Below are positions 1 to 10,121 of a DNA stretch of 64,000 nucleotides, in pieces. Origin of the DNA: Planctomycetota bacterium (lineage in GTDB: Bacteria; Planctomycetota; UBA1135; UBA2386); assembly GCA_965228735.1 (NCBI GenBank), contig OZ245838.1:4416001-4480000 (forward strand), read 5' to 3'. Each line of letters begins with the position of its first letter. The stretch's first letter is position 1. The position numbers and the translations under genes are program-made. The notes beneath the pieces were generated by a model, which was given only the letters and a program-made list of their open reading frames with translations, did no database searches and was not told the origin of the DNA.

Positions 1-2
1 CG

Positions 3-1430
3 CTGCTCGCGTTCGCGGACCTCCTGCCGACCGCCGGCATCGAACTGGTCGCGGCCGACCCGCGCGGCACCGCGTGCCTGCGATGGCCGGAATCGACTCC
101 GGCAGTCGCCAGCTCGGCGGTGGATGCGGCGGTGGCGACGACCCGGATCGTGCTGGCGCGCGGCGCGCGCTTCCGCGAGCGCGTCGACCAACCGCAGCTG
201 TCGCCGTTCGTCCGCGACCTCAACGAGGACGGCGAACTCGACCTCCTGCTCCCGGGCATGCGCGGCGTGCGGCCCTACCTGCACGACGCCCGCGACGAAC
301 ACGGCGTCCCGCAGTTCCGCCGCATGGCGACGATCCCGGTGCCGATCACGGTCGAGGCCGATCCGGGCAGCACGGGGCTCGACGGTGAGCTCGTCGGCTC
401 GCTGCGGATCCCGACGCTGAAGACCGCCGACCTCAATGGCGACGGACGCCCCGATCTGCTGACGCGGGCAGGCCAGGTCTACGGCTACCACCTGCAGGAC
501 GAAGCTGGCGAGTTCGCGCCGCCGATCCGCGTCGACATCGGCCAGTTCGAGGACAGCACGCCGAAGGCCGCGATCGAACTCGGCAGCACGGCGGTGATCG
601 GCGATCGCCAGCTGCTGCAGGACGGCGACATCAACGGCGACGGCATCCCGGACTACGTGATCGCGCACCGCCGCAAGATCTGGACGTTCCTGGCCGACGC
701 CAAGGGACCCCAGTTCGAGAAGGCGCGCACGCAGGCGGTCGCCGACGACGTGACCGCGTTGCTGCTCGTCGACCTCGATGCCGACGAGCGCGCCGACCTG
801 CTCACGTTCCGCGTGCAGCTGCCGGGCGTCGGTGAGCTGCTGCTCGCGCTCGTGCAGGGCATCGACATCGACGTCCGCGCGGTCGGCTACCAGAGCGAGA
901 GCGACGGCTTCGCCCGTTCGCCGAAGTGGCGGCGGACCGTGACGCTGCGAGTCCCGTCGCTGCTGTCGCTCCTGAGTCGGCAGGAGGAGCTGGTCGAGCG
1001 GTTCACCGAGCTCGTCGACCGAACCCGGGTGGCGGTGCGCGGCTCGTTCGCCGGCAACCCGGAGCTCGACCTCGCGGTCGCGACGGCGGACGCGACCGCG
1101 GTGCAGATCTACGCTGACGTCGGCGCCGCCCCCGAGCTCGCCTCCGTCGCGGGGCAGGACATGCTGCGCCGACTGCTCTTCGAGGACGACGACACGATCT
1201 TCGATCTCGAGCGCGTCTTCGGACTGATCGCGGGCCTGCTCGACACGCTGTCGGAGCGCAACGTCGGCGACCGCGAGCCGATGACGACCGTTCCGCTACG
1301 CGACCCAGCGACCTGGCAGTTGCTCGAGCTGCTCGCGGGCGATGCCGGCCGGGACACGAACGACGAACTCATCGCCGTCTACGCCGCCAAGACCGACGCG
1401 AACCGTCGGGTCTACGACGTGCTCCGGTAG
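3..1430 (+). CDS. FG-GAP/VCBS repeat-containing protein, 5' truncated by window edge
   Basis: Frame is open from position 3. Repeated Ca-binding DxxxDxxxD motifs: DLNEDGELDL, DLNGDGRPDL, DINGDGIPDY, DLDADERADL. Confidence 0.85.
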   Translation: MLAFADLLPTAGIELVAADPRGTACLRWPESTPAVASSAVDAAVATTRIVLARGARFRERVDQPQLSPFVRDLNEDGELDLLLPGMRGVRPYLHDARDEHGVPQFRRMATIPVPITVEADPGSTGLDGELVGSLRIPTLKTADLNGDGRPDLLTRAGQVYGYHLQDEAGEFAPPIRVDIGQFEDSTPKAAIELGSTAVIGDRQLLQDGDINGDGIPDYVIAHRRKIWTFLADAKGPQFEKARTQAVADDVTALLLVDLDADERADLLTFRVQLPGVGELLLALVQGIDIDVRAVGYQSESDGFARSPKWRRTVTLRVPSLLSLLSRQEELVERFTELVDRTRVAVRGSFAGNPELDLAVATADATAVQIYADVGAAPELASVAGQDMLRRLLFEDDDTIFDLERVFGLIAGLLDTLSERNVGDREPMTTVPLRDPATWQLLELLAGDAGRDTNDELIAVYAAKTDANRRVYDVLR

Positions 1431-1488
1431 GTGCTTCGGGCCGCGCCGACCGTACCGGCGAAGCACGGTAGCCGGGGAGACCGCCCGA

Positions 1489-2145
1489 TCAGTCCGACTG
1501 CGGCTTCTCGCCCGGCGGCACCACGTCGTGCATCGGGTCGATGAGCTCGCCACGTAGCAGCGCGAGCGGCGAACGCCAGTAGATCATCGCGTCGTGGAAC
1601 GGATCGGTGAGGATCTTGGCCAGCCAGCAGATGCCGACCTGCGGGTGGCGCGTCACGGCGAGGTAGAGCACGCGCAGCAGCAGTGCCATGACCCCGAGCG
1701 CGAACCACATCCAGCCGATGTTGAGCATGTAGTCCCAGAGGCCGACGGGCTGATCCAGGAGGCCGAACACCGTCGGCGACGGGATGAGGATCAGCGGCAA
1801 CGCGACCCACGCGGCGTGCAGGACGACTTTGCGCTGCAGGTTGTAGCCGACCTTGATCGCTTCCTTGTGCTCGTGCGTCGCCTGATTGACGTGGTCGTAG
1901 CCCTTCGGCTCGAAGAAGAAGTGACCGCTCTGCCGCGTCACCATTGCCACCAGCCAGCCGAGCAGCGCGGCGATCGGCGGGCTGAACCACACGACGACGT
2001 ACGCCGTGAGGAACGCCAACGCCGAGATGAAGTGCAGCGTCTGGTTGATGCGGCTCTGGTGGTAGTAGCGGTGATCGTCCCAGCGCTGGACGCGCAGTTC
2101 TTCGAAGAACGGCAGACGCGCGGGTGCCGTGGCGTTGATGGTCAT
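1489..2145 (-). CDS. Mpo1/DUF962-like membrane protein
   Basis: YYHQSRINQTLHF and RQSGHFFFEPK His motifs, several hydrophobic helices. ATG at 2145 overlaps the psd stop. Confidence 0.7.
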   Translation of the reverse strand: MTINATAPARLPFFEELRVQRWDDHRYYHQSRINQTLHFISALAFLTAYVVVWFSPPIAALLGWLVAMVTRQSGHFFFEPKGYDHVNQATHEHKEAIKVGYNLQRKVVLHAAWVALPLILIPSPTVFGLLDQPVGLWDYMLNIGWMWFALGVMALLLRVLYLAVTRHPQVGICWLAKILTDPFHDAMIYWRSPLALLRGELIDPMHDVVPPGEKPQSD

Positions 2146-3116
2146 CGTGTCTCCTGGACCTGGGTGTCGGTGTCTGGCGTGATCGCGATACGGCGCAGCA
2201 GCGGGCTGCCCATGCGGATCGTGGCGCCCTCGCGGACGCCGGGATCGATGTCGAGGTCGCCCGACGCGAACAGCACGATCGTCGAGCCGTGCTGGAAGTA
2301 GCCCATCTCGTCGCCGCGCTCGTAGGACGCATCGCACGTGAGGTGGTTGCTGCCGCGATACTTCAGGCTGAGCAGATCGTCGAGGCAGTGCAGCTTGATG
2401 CTCGCCACGAGAATCGCCGCGACGGGCACGAGCGTGACCGCTTCGAGCGAATCACGGAGCTCGAGATCGATCACGGCGCGCTCGTTCTTGCAGAACAGCT
2501 TCTCGATCCGCTTCAGCGCGATCGGGTTCACGTTCCACGTATCGCCGGAGATGTAGTTCACCCGCCGCACGCGACAGTCGTCGGGCGCGTGGAAGCGGTG
2601 ATACATGTCCGACCGCAGCCGCAGCGTGATGAACAGTCCATCGCGGTGCTTTTCGACCATCGCCGGATCGCCCAGCAGGTCCTCGAGCGTGTAGGGGAAG
2701 CCCTTCGCCTGGATCAGCTCGGTGCCGCGGATCCGACCCATCGCACCGACGACCGCGTCGCACGGACTCACGAGCACGCCCGGCCGCCGATCGACGGTGC
2801 GCGCGCCAGGTCGCAGTTCGCGGATGAAGCAGTCGTGCAGACTGCGAAAGCGCTGCTCCCTGCTCTCCGTGAGGTCGAGATCGGGCGCGAACTTGCGCCA
2901 CGTCGCGATCGACACCCTGGTCAGCCAGCGAATGCGCAGCCGGCTGTACCAGCCCATGAAACGCGTCGCGAGGCGCCGCGGGATCCGGTTGGTCACGAGG
3001 AAGTTCACGTTCTCGTGCATGAACAACCGCCGCAGCCGCGAGTCGGATCGCGGGCGCTGGAACACGCGCCGGACCGGCGGGCGCTTTCTTCTCTTGGGCA
3101 GTCGGAGTCGGACCAT
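2142..3116 (-). CDS. psd: Phosphatidylserine (archaetidylserine-type) decarboxylase proenzyme
   Basis: SPCDA, QAKGFPYTL, YHRFHAP, LFCKNER motifs and self-cleavage site GYFQHGSTIVL (LGST-like). Start at 3116 is uncertain; ATG at 3020 is an alternative. Confidence 0.9.
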   Translation of the reverse strand: MVRLRLPKRRKRPPVRRVFQRPRSDSRLRRLFMHENVNFLVTNRIPRRLATRFMGWYSRLRIRWLTRVSIATWRKFAPDLDLTESREQRFRSLHDCFIRELRPGARTVDRRPGVLVSPCDAVVGAMGRIRGTELIQAKGFPYTLEDLLGDPAMVEKHRDGLFITLRLRSDMYHRFHAPDDCRVRRVNYISGDTWNVNPIALKRIEKLFCKNERAVIDLELRDSLEAVTLVPVAAILVASIKLHCLDDLLSLKYRGSNHLTCDASYERGDEMGYFQHGSTIVLFASGDLDIDPGVREGATIRMGSPLLRRIAITPDTDTQVQETR

Positions 3117-3259
3117 GTCGCCTGTACGACAGCCACGGACGTTAGGAACCGACGAATAGAATCCGTGCTCTTCGTGTGAAGATTGGCCGTGGACTCGGCG
3201 AGTTCCCACTGCAGTCGCCATGATCGAACCCGCGGTCGCTCGCGGCCGCAGAACCGCCC

Positions 3260-4003
3260 GTGACCGAAGCCGCCAGTTCCGTTGACGCCGAGTCCGACCC
3301 CGCGGCAACGCCGTCCCGTCGGCTCGTGCTGCTGCCCGGCATGGACGGCACCGACGTCCTGCTCGGACCGCTGCTCGACGCGCTGCCGAGCAGGCTCGCG
3401 CCCGACGTGCTGACCTACCCCGAACGCGGGCCGAACACCTACGAAGACCTGCTGCCGCGCGTCGTCGAGCACGTGCGCAGCGGCCCGGCCGCGGTCGTGC
3501 TCGGCTGGTCGTTCTCCGGCCCGCTCGCGTTGCGCGCGGCGCAGGAGTGTCCGGATCACGTGCGCGCGGTCGTCCTCGTCGCCACGTTCGTCCGCCCACC
3601 GCTGCGGTTCCTGCCCTACGTGCGGCAACTCGTCCGCACCCCGTTGGTCGCGACGCTCCGCACGCTGCGCCGGCTGCCGATCTGGCTCTGCCGCGCACCC
3701 GACGATCCGCTGCGCCGGGCGAAGGCCGAGATCTGGCGGCGGGTGCCGCCAAGCACGCTCGCGACGCGGTCCCGAGCGATCCTCGCGGTCGACGCGCGCG
3801 CGGCGCTCCAGAACTGCCGTGCGCCACTCCTCTACATCGGGAGCAGTGCCGACAACGTCGTGCCACAGCGCTGCGCCGATCTCGTGCGCGAGCTGCGTCC
3901 CGACGTGGAGACCGCAATGATCCCGGGCGGCCACTTCGCGCTCTACGAGGAGGCGCAGGCCGGCGCCGACGCGATCGCCGACTTCGTCGACCGCGTCACA
4001 TGA
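3260..4003 (+). CDS. Alpha/beta fold hydrolase
   Basis: LLPGMDGT oxyanion region, GWSFSG nucleophile elbow, DNVVP Asp, GGH His. Confidence 0.85.
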   Translation: MTEAASSVDAESDPAATPSRRLVLLPGMDGTDVLLGPLLDALPSRLAPDVLTYPERGPNTYEDLLPRVVEHVRSGPAAVVLGWSFSGPLALRAAQECPDHVRAVVLVATFVRPPLRFLPYVRQLVRTPLVATLRTLRRLPIWLCRAPDDPLRRAKAEIWRRVPPSTLATRSRAILAVDARAALQNCRAPLLYIGSSADNVVPQRCADLVRELRPDVETAMIPGGHFALYEEAQAGADAIADFVDRVT

Positions 4004-4200
4004 ATCTCCAGCGTTGGGTACGGTGCCTGACCTTGCTGGCCGGCGACCGGAGCGAGGAGGACGGAGAGCGCGACGAGCGAGCGGGCGGGCCATACGGTCC
4101 AGAGGGCCGCGAGACCCGAAGGTTCGACGGCCGGGCATGAAGCATCGTCCGCATCGGCGTTCGGCCCCGGCGACCTTGCGGGATAGAACATGGCGCCCGC

Positions 4201-5418
4201 ATGCCGCCCTCCCGCCGCCACGACCACCAGCGATGCGCTCCCGACCCGGATGAGCTGCTCGACTGCCCGCACTTCGGCACGTGCGGCGGCTGCGCGCTGC
4301 TCGATCAGCCGATTCGCTGGCAGATCAGCGACAAGGTCGCGCGCTGCGAACAGCTGCTCGCGCCGTGGCTCGGTGGTCGCGGCGTCGACCACCGCATGCC
4401 CGAGCGCGTGCCGCGGTGGTTTCGATCGCGCCTCCTGTGGCCGGTCCGCCCGGGCAAGAAGGGCAAGCCCATGGCCGGGCTCTTCGCCTACCGCTCGCAC
4501 GACATCGTCCGCATCGACGAGTGCCAGACGACGGATCGCTGGCTCACCGCGCTCGGGCAGACCGCCGAATCGATCCTGCGCGAGCTGCAGGTCACACCGT
4601 TCGATCCGGCGCGCGGTCGCGGGCACGTCAAGGCGATCTGGGCGCGGCTCGCGAGCGGCACGGGCGAGGTGCTCGCGGGCATCGTCACGCGGCCGGGCGA
4701 GTTCTTCGCGGGCCGCGAGTTCGCCGATCGCCTGCACGCAGCCGCGGCCGGGCTCCCGCGCGGTCGCCAGAACCGCACGCTCGTCGGCATCGTGCACGGC
4801 ATCAGCGAACGCGACGACGACTTCCTGCTCGGTGATCGGCACGTACCGTTGCGCGGGCGCGATCACATCGTCGACGAACGCGACGGTCTGACGTTTCGCA
4901 TCAGCGCCGGCAGCTTCTACCAGATCCACGCGGGCGCGAACGCGCTGCTCTATCGCGAAGCGCTCGCGATGTGCGGCGACGTCAAAGGCCAGCACGTCGT
5001 CGACGGCTACGGCGGCGTCGGCACGTTCGGCCTGCGCCTCCTGCGCGCCGGCGCCGAACGGCTGACGATCGTCGAGGACAACGCCGCGGCGTGTCGCGAC
5101 GCGGCGCACAACGCGACGACGAACGGCTGCGAGGCGACGGTCGTCCGTGCGCCGTTCGCCGCCGCCGAACTGCCGGCCGAACCCGACCTGCTCGTCGTCG
5201 ATCCGCCGCGCGCCGGCCTCGGCCCGGCCGGCGCCGTGCGCGCGATCGCGGCCCGGCCGCGCCGCATCCTGCACGTCGCGTGCGACGCCGAAGCGCTCGC
5301 CCGCGACCTCCGCGCCCTGACCGCCGGCGGCTATGTGACCCGGGCAGTTCGCCTCTGCGACCTGTTCCCGCACACCGAGCACGTCGAGCTCCTCGCGCTC
5401 CTCGAGCGCGCTCCGTAG
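4201..5418 (+). CDS. 23S rRNA (uracil-C5)-methyltransferase, RlmD/TrmA family, lacking TRAM domain
   Basis: CPHFGTCGGC Fe-S motif, SFYQ, DGYGGVG SAM motif, VDPPRAG, catalytic VACD, DLFPHTEHVE. Confidence 0.9.
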   Translation: MPPSRRHDHQRCAPDPDELLDCPHFGTCGGCALLDQPIRWQISDKVARCEQLLAPWLGGRGVDHRMPERVPRWFRSRLLWPVRPGKKGKPMAGLFAYRSHDIVRIDECQTTDRWLTALGQTAESILRELQVTPFDPARGRGHVKAIWARLASGTGEVLAGIVTRPGEFFAGREFADRLHAAAAGLPRGRQNRTLVGIVHGISERDDDFLLGDRHVPLRGRDHIVDERDGLTFRISAGSFYQIHAGANALLYREALAMCGDVKGQHVVDGYGGVGTFGLRLLRAGAERLTIVEDNAAACRDAAHNATTNGCEATVVRAPFAAAELPAEPDLLVVDPPRAGLGPAGAVRAIAARPRRILHVACDAEALARDLRALTAGGYVTRAVRLCDLFPHTEHVELLALLERAP

Positions 5419-5430
5419 ATTGACCAACCG

Positions 5431-7524
5431 ATGATCTCGCTGATGAACCGCTACGTTTGGGCCCCGTCGCTCACCTTTCTCCTGGCTGCCCCAGCAGCCG
5501 CCCAGGGCAGCCACGACCCGCTTGCCATGGGCAAGATGTGGACGTTCGAGAACCCGCCGCTCGGCTACCTCGAACAGGAGTACGGCTTCAAGCCCGACCA
5601 GGCGTGGCTCGACTCGCTCCGGCTCGGCGCGCTGCGGCTCGGCGAACGGGACAACCCGTGGTGCTCCGCGTCGTTCGTGTCGCCCCAGGGTCTGATCATG
5701 ACCAACCATCATTGCGTGCGGGATCAGGTCGCGCAGATCCAGGGCAGCAACGACTGGGTCAAGGATGGGTATGCGGCGACGAGCCTCGAGGACGAGGTCA
5801 AGATCCCGGGCCTCACGGTGCACCAGCTCGTGTCGCAGGAAGACGTGACGGCGCGTGTCAACGCCGGCATCGAAGAGGGCGACGACGACGTCACGATCAC
5901 GGAGAAGCGCGAGGCCAACACGAAGGCGATCATCGCCGAGGCCGACGCCGCGCATCCGGACCACATGCACCAGGTCGTCGCGCTCTATCAGGGCGCGGTG
6001 CAGCAGCTCTACCGCTATCGCGTCTACGACGACCTGCGACTCGTGCTCGCGGTCAACCTGCAGTGCGCGCACTTCGGCGGCGACCCCGACAACTTCACCT
6101 ACCCGCGCTGGAGCATCGACTTCTCGTTCTTGCGCGCCTACGCCGACGACAAGCCCGCGGACACGTCGGCGCACTACTTCCGCTGGCGCCAAGAAGGCGC
6201 GCAGGACGGCGAGCTCGTGTTCATCCCGGGCAACCCCGGCAACACGAATCGACTGCTCACGACGGATCAGCTGCACGTGCAGCGCGACGTCGAGTATCCG
6301 ATGATCCTCGAGCAGCTGCGCAACGGCATGGCGGTTCTCGAGCCGTTCGCCGAGCGCGCACCAGGCCTGCTGACGACGCTCCTGAGCTGGCAGAACAGCG
6401 AGAAGGCGATCGGCGGCATGCTCGACGGCCTGCACGACGAAGCGCTGATGCAGAAGAAGCGCGCCCACGAGGAGCACTTCAAGGCGCAGATCGCGAGCAA
6501 GCCGGAGTGGGCCTCCGAGTACGGCGACCTGTGGTCGACGATCGCGACCCTCGCGGCGCGGGCGCGCGCCGTGCAGCCGAAGGTCGCGTTCTACAACCCC
6601 AGCTACTCGGGCACCATCGAGCGCGGCGTGCTGATCGCCAAGGCGCTCGACGAGACGCTGGCCGAGGACGAACGCGCCAAGGCGAAGAAGGAGGCGCTCG
6701 AGATGCAGGTCCGCGGCAACATCATCACCGCGCAGCTGCTCGTCGATCACTTCGAACGCGCGCAGAAGTGGCTCGGCCTCGACGACCCCTACGTGCAGGT
6801 CGTCGCGTCGGCGCCGATGACGGACGGCCCGCTCGTGTGGCGCGAGTCGCTCGGCGTCGTCGAGGGCAGCCGCCTGCGCGACCCGAAGTTCGTCGCCGAA
6901 CTGTTCGAAGGCGACAACCCCGCCGCGACGTTCCAGGCCAGCGAGGACCCGGCGATCCGCGCCGCGCGCGTGCTCTGGCCGCTGATGCGCGCCGCGGAGG
7001 CCGAGCAGACCGCGGTCGACAAGGCGCTCGCCGCGCAGGGCACGCGCATCGGCCGCGCGCTGCACGCGGTCTACGGCACGGGGACGAGCCCCGACGCGAC
7101 GATGACGTTGCGCTTCTCGGATGGCCGGGTGAAGGGCTACGACTACAACGGCACGATCGCGCCGTGGGCGACGACGCTCTACGGGCTCTACGGCCGCGCG
7201 ACCGCGTTCGGCAACGAGCATCCGTTCGACCTCGCCGCCCCGTGGATCGACGCCCGGGACCGGCTCGATCTGACGGCCCGGGTCTGCTTCGCGAGCACCA
7301 ACGACATCGTCGGCGGCAACTCGGGCTCCGCGGTCGTCGACCGCGACCTCAACGTCGTCGGCCTCGTGTTCGACGGCAACATCGAGTCGCTGCCCAACGA
7401 CTTCTACTTCACGCAGGAGATCGCGCGCGCGGTGAGCGTGCACACCGACGCGATCAACGCGGCGCTCGAGCACGTCTACGGGATGGGCCGCATCCTCGAA
7501 GAGCTGCGCGCCGGCGCGAAGTAG
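5431..7524 (+). CDS. S46 family dipeptidyl peptidase (DPP7/DAP BII-like), secreted
   Basis: Signal peptide, GKMWT, CSASFVS..GL..TNHHC, FGGDPDNFTYPR, PDATMTLRFSDG, DIVGGNSGS; FDGN (Gly rather than Arg) suggests DPP7-type specificity. Confidence 0.93.
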   Translation: MISLMNRYVWAPSLTFLLAAPAAAQGSHDPLAMGKMWTFENPPLGYLEQEYGFKPDQAWLDSLRLGALRLGERDNPWCSASFVSPQGLIMTNHHCVRDQVAQIQGSNDWVKDGYAATSLEDEVKIPGLTVHQLVSQEDVTARVNAGIEEGDDDVTITEKREANTKAIIAEADAAHPDHMHQVVALYQGAVQQLYRYRVYDDLRLVLAVNLQCAHFGGDPDNFTYPRWSIDFSFLRAYADDKPADTSAHYFRWRQEGAQDGELVFIPGNPGNTNRLLTTDQLHVQRDVEYPMILEQLRNGMAVLEPFAERAPGLLTTLLSWQNSEKAIGGMLDGLHDEALMQKKRAHEEHFKAQIASKPEWASEYGDLWSTIATLAARARAVQPKVAFYNPSYSGTIERGVLIAKALDETLAEDERAKAKKEALEMQVRGNIITAQLLVDHFERAQKWLGLDDPYVQVVASAPMTDGPLVWRESLGVVEGSRLRDPKFVAELFEGDNPAATFQASEDPAIRAARVLWPLMRAAEAEQTAVDKALAAQGTRIGRALHAVYGTGTSPDATMTLRFSDGRVKGYDYNGTIAPWATTLYGLYGRATAFGNEHPFDLAAPWIDARDRLDLTARVCFASTNDIVGGNSGSAVVDRDLNVVGLVFDGNIESLPNDFYFTQEIARAVSVHTDAINAALEHVYGMGRILEELRAGAK

Positions 7525-7780
7525 CGCCAATCGACATTCGGAACCCCGGGCCGTCGCAGCCTGGGACTCGGCCCGCCGCAATCCGACGGACCACGCCCGG
7601 CCGATGGCACCGCCATCGTGAGCGACCGTCATGACGGCCTCGGCCGCGCCGCGTCACCGCGACGATCCAGGCCCCTTCTCATGGGGCCGTCGTCGGGTAC
7701 GGTTCTGCGGCCCCGCCCGAATCGGTCTGCCCCGCGCGCGATCGGCCGCTCCGCCGAGACACTCGCGCCCGTCCGCCAAC

Positions 7781-10102
7781 ATGCGCCTGACTAGCTCCGC
7801 GACTCTCTGGTCCACCTTCGGCATCGCGATCCTCGCGGCCAACCTGCCGTTCTTCACACCGCCGACCGACGTGCAGATGCCGGGCACGCAGCCCGGTCAG
7901 GTGCCGGCGCTCATGGGGCCGCCGGACACGTGCTCGGGCTGCCACGCGTTCTACGATCCGATCGCCGAACCGGGCCAGAACTGGATGGGCAGCATGATGG
8001 CCCACAGCTCGCGCGACCCGGTGTTCTACGCCGCGCTCGCGATCGCCGAGCACGACATCCCCGGCTCGGGTGACTTCTGCCTGCGCTGTCACGTGCAGCG
8101 CGCGTGGCACGAGGGCCGCGTGAGCAACGCGACCGACGGTTCGGCGCTCGATCCGGTGCACGACGTCTGGGGCGTCGAGTGCTCGATCTGCCACCAGATG
8201 GTGAACCCGGACACCAGCGAACACGCCGGCCTGCAGACCGCGCCGTTCCTCGCGCACGACGGCGGCACCCCGCCCGAAGGCTACTACGGCAACGGCATGA
8301 CCGTGCTCGCCGGTGACTTCATCCGCCACGGTCCGTACGCGCAGACGACCGCGCCGCACGGCTTCGTGCAGTCGGCGTTCATGCGCGACTCGGCGATGTG
8401 CGGGACGTGCCACGAGGTCAGCAACCCGCTCGTCGGCGACCTCGCGAACAACCATGGCGCGCAGCAGCCGCTGCCGCCAGGCACGTTCAGCGGGGTGTTC
8501 AACTCACCGGTCCAGGGCAAGGCCGCGTTCAACAACTTCCCGTATCAGTACGGTGTCGTCGAGCGCACGTTCAGCGAGCATCAGGCGAGCGCGATCGGCA
8601 ACACGGCGGTGAAGGACTACGCCACGTTGCCGGCCGATCTGCAGCGCGGCGCGATCAAGCGGGCCTACGATCAATCGGTGATCGCCGGCCAGGGCGGCGA
8701 CTACCAGGATGGCACGGAACGGCTGTTCTCGTGCCAGACGTGCCACATCGAGCCGGTCGTCGGCGAAGGCGCGGCGTTCGGCCTCGGCCCGCTGCGCTAC
8801 GACATGCCGCGCCACGATCTCACGGGCGGCAACACCTGGGTGCCGCAGGCGATCCAGTGGCTCGACAACCAGAACCGCCTCGTCTTCGGCGGCGGCCTCA
8901 CGCCGACGCAGGTCTCGGCGATGGACGACGGCGTCGAGCGCGCCCGCGCGACGCTGCAGCGGGCCGCGGCACTCGACGTCGGTGCGGACTCGGTGCGCAT
9001 CACCAATCTCACGGGTCACAAGCTGATCACCGGCTACCCCGAGGGTCGCCGCATGTGGCTGCGCGTGCGCTGGCTCGACGAGCAGAACAACGTGCTCGGC
9101 GAAGAAGGCAGCTACGAGAGCTTCCAGGCCAACGTCGCCGGCACCAACTTCCCCGTGAGCTCGATCACGGATCCCAACGCCCGGGTCTACGAGGCCAAGT
9201 TCGGTATCTCGCAGGATTGGGCGCAGGAGCTGCTCGCGCTCGGCGTCCCGCCGCTGACGCCGCTGTCGTTCGATCGCGTGACGGGCAACGTCGAGAAGAC
9301 ACTGATCCAGCTCGCCGCGGACCCGGCGGGCACGGTGCACCCGACGTTCCATTTCATCCTCAACAACACGCTGATCTCGGACAACCGCATCCCGCCATAC
9401 GGCATGGATCGCGACGAGGCCGCGACGCGCAACGCGCTGCCGGTGCCGGCGACGCAGTTCGGCAACCCGGGGCCGGGCGGCACGTACGAGCACTTCGACG
9501 ACGTCGCGCTGGCGCCGCCCGCGGGCGCGACGCGCGCCGAGATCGACCTGCTCTACCAGACCGCGAGCTGGGAGTACATCCAGTTCCTGCGCCTCGCCAA
9601 TCCGGGCACCAACGCGTTCCTCGGTGGCACGGGCGTCGACGTCTTCGACGCCTGGCGCAACACCGGCCAGTCGACGCCCGAGGTCATGGCGCGCGCCCGC
9701 TGGTGCGATCTGCCGGGCACGGGCGAGGACGTCGAACTGCGGTCGAGCAAGAACGGCGCTCCGGCCGACACCGCCTGCGGCAAGGAGCTGCTCGGCGGCG
9801 ACAGCGTCACGTTCGAGGTCACCTCACCGAACAACACGCACGTGAACGATCTCGGCGGCCTCGTCTTCCAGGTCCACGACGCGTCGACCCCGCCGGCCCC
9901 GACGCTGCCGGGCATCTGGCTCGACCGCGCCGACGCGCAGGTGCTGCTCATCGGCGCCTCGACGACGCCGACGACGCACACGCTGACGATCCCGACCTGG
10001 TTCACCGGTCTCATGATCCGCACCCAGGCGATCATGCTGTCGACGACCGCCAACAACGGCATCTACGCCGCGAGCGACGCGCTCGACGTCTGGGTCGAGT
10101 AG
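7781..10102 (+). CDS. Secreted pentaheme c-type cytochrome with C-terminal putative sorting domain
   Basis: Five CXXCH motifs (CSGCH, CLRCH, CSICH, CGTCH, CQTCH), N-terminal signal from ATG 7781, WMGSMMAHSSRDP and GHKLITGYPEGRRMWL motifs. Confidence 0.88.
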   Translation: MRLTSSATLWSTFGIAILAANLPFFTPPTDVQMPGTQPGQVPALMGPPDTCSGCHAFYDPIAEPGQNWMGSMMAHSSRDPVFYAALAIAEHDIPGSGDFCLRCHVQRAWHEGRVSNATDGSALDPVHDVWGVECSICHQMVNPDTSEHAGLQTAPFLAHDGGTPPEGYYGNGMTVLAGDFIRHGPYAQTTAPHGFVQSAFMRDSAMCGTCHEVSNPLVGDLANNHGAQQPLPPGTFSGVFNSPVQGKAAFNNFPYQYGVVERTFSEHQASAIGNTAVKDYATLPADLQRGAIKRAYDQSVIAGQGGDYQDGTERLFSCQTCHIEPVVGEGAAFGLGPLRYDMPRHDLTGGNTWVPQAIQWLDNQNRLVFGGGLTPTQVSAMDDGVERARATLQRAAALDVGADSVRITNLTGHKLITGYPEGRRMWLRVRWLDEQNNVLGEEGSYESFQANVAGTNFPVSSITDPNARVYEAKFGISQDWAQELLALGVPPLTPLSFDRVTGNVEKTLIQLAADPAGTVHPTFHFILNNTLISDNRIPPYGMDRDEAATRNALPVPATQFGNPGPGGTYEHFDDVALAPPAGATRAEIDLLYQTASWEYIQFLRLANPGTNAFLGGTGVDVFDAWRNTGQSTPEVMARARWCDLPGTGEDVELRSSKNGAPADTACGKELLGGDSVTFEVTSPNNTHVNDLGGLVFQVHDASTPPAPTLPGIWLDRADAQVLLIGASTTPTTHTLTIPTWFTGLMIRTQAIMLSTTANNGIYAASDALDVWVE

Positions 10103-10121
10103 ACGGAGCCCATCGTGGGCC

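Noticed and set aside
3943..7632. 1229-aa minus-strand ORF and other long antisense or alternate-frame ORFs (e.g. 20193-23003, 29809-32445, 39663-42017, 53191-55389)
   Set aside because: Shadow ORFs of well-supported genes in high-GC DNA; Arg/Ala/Gly-rich with no recognisable motifs.
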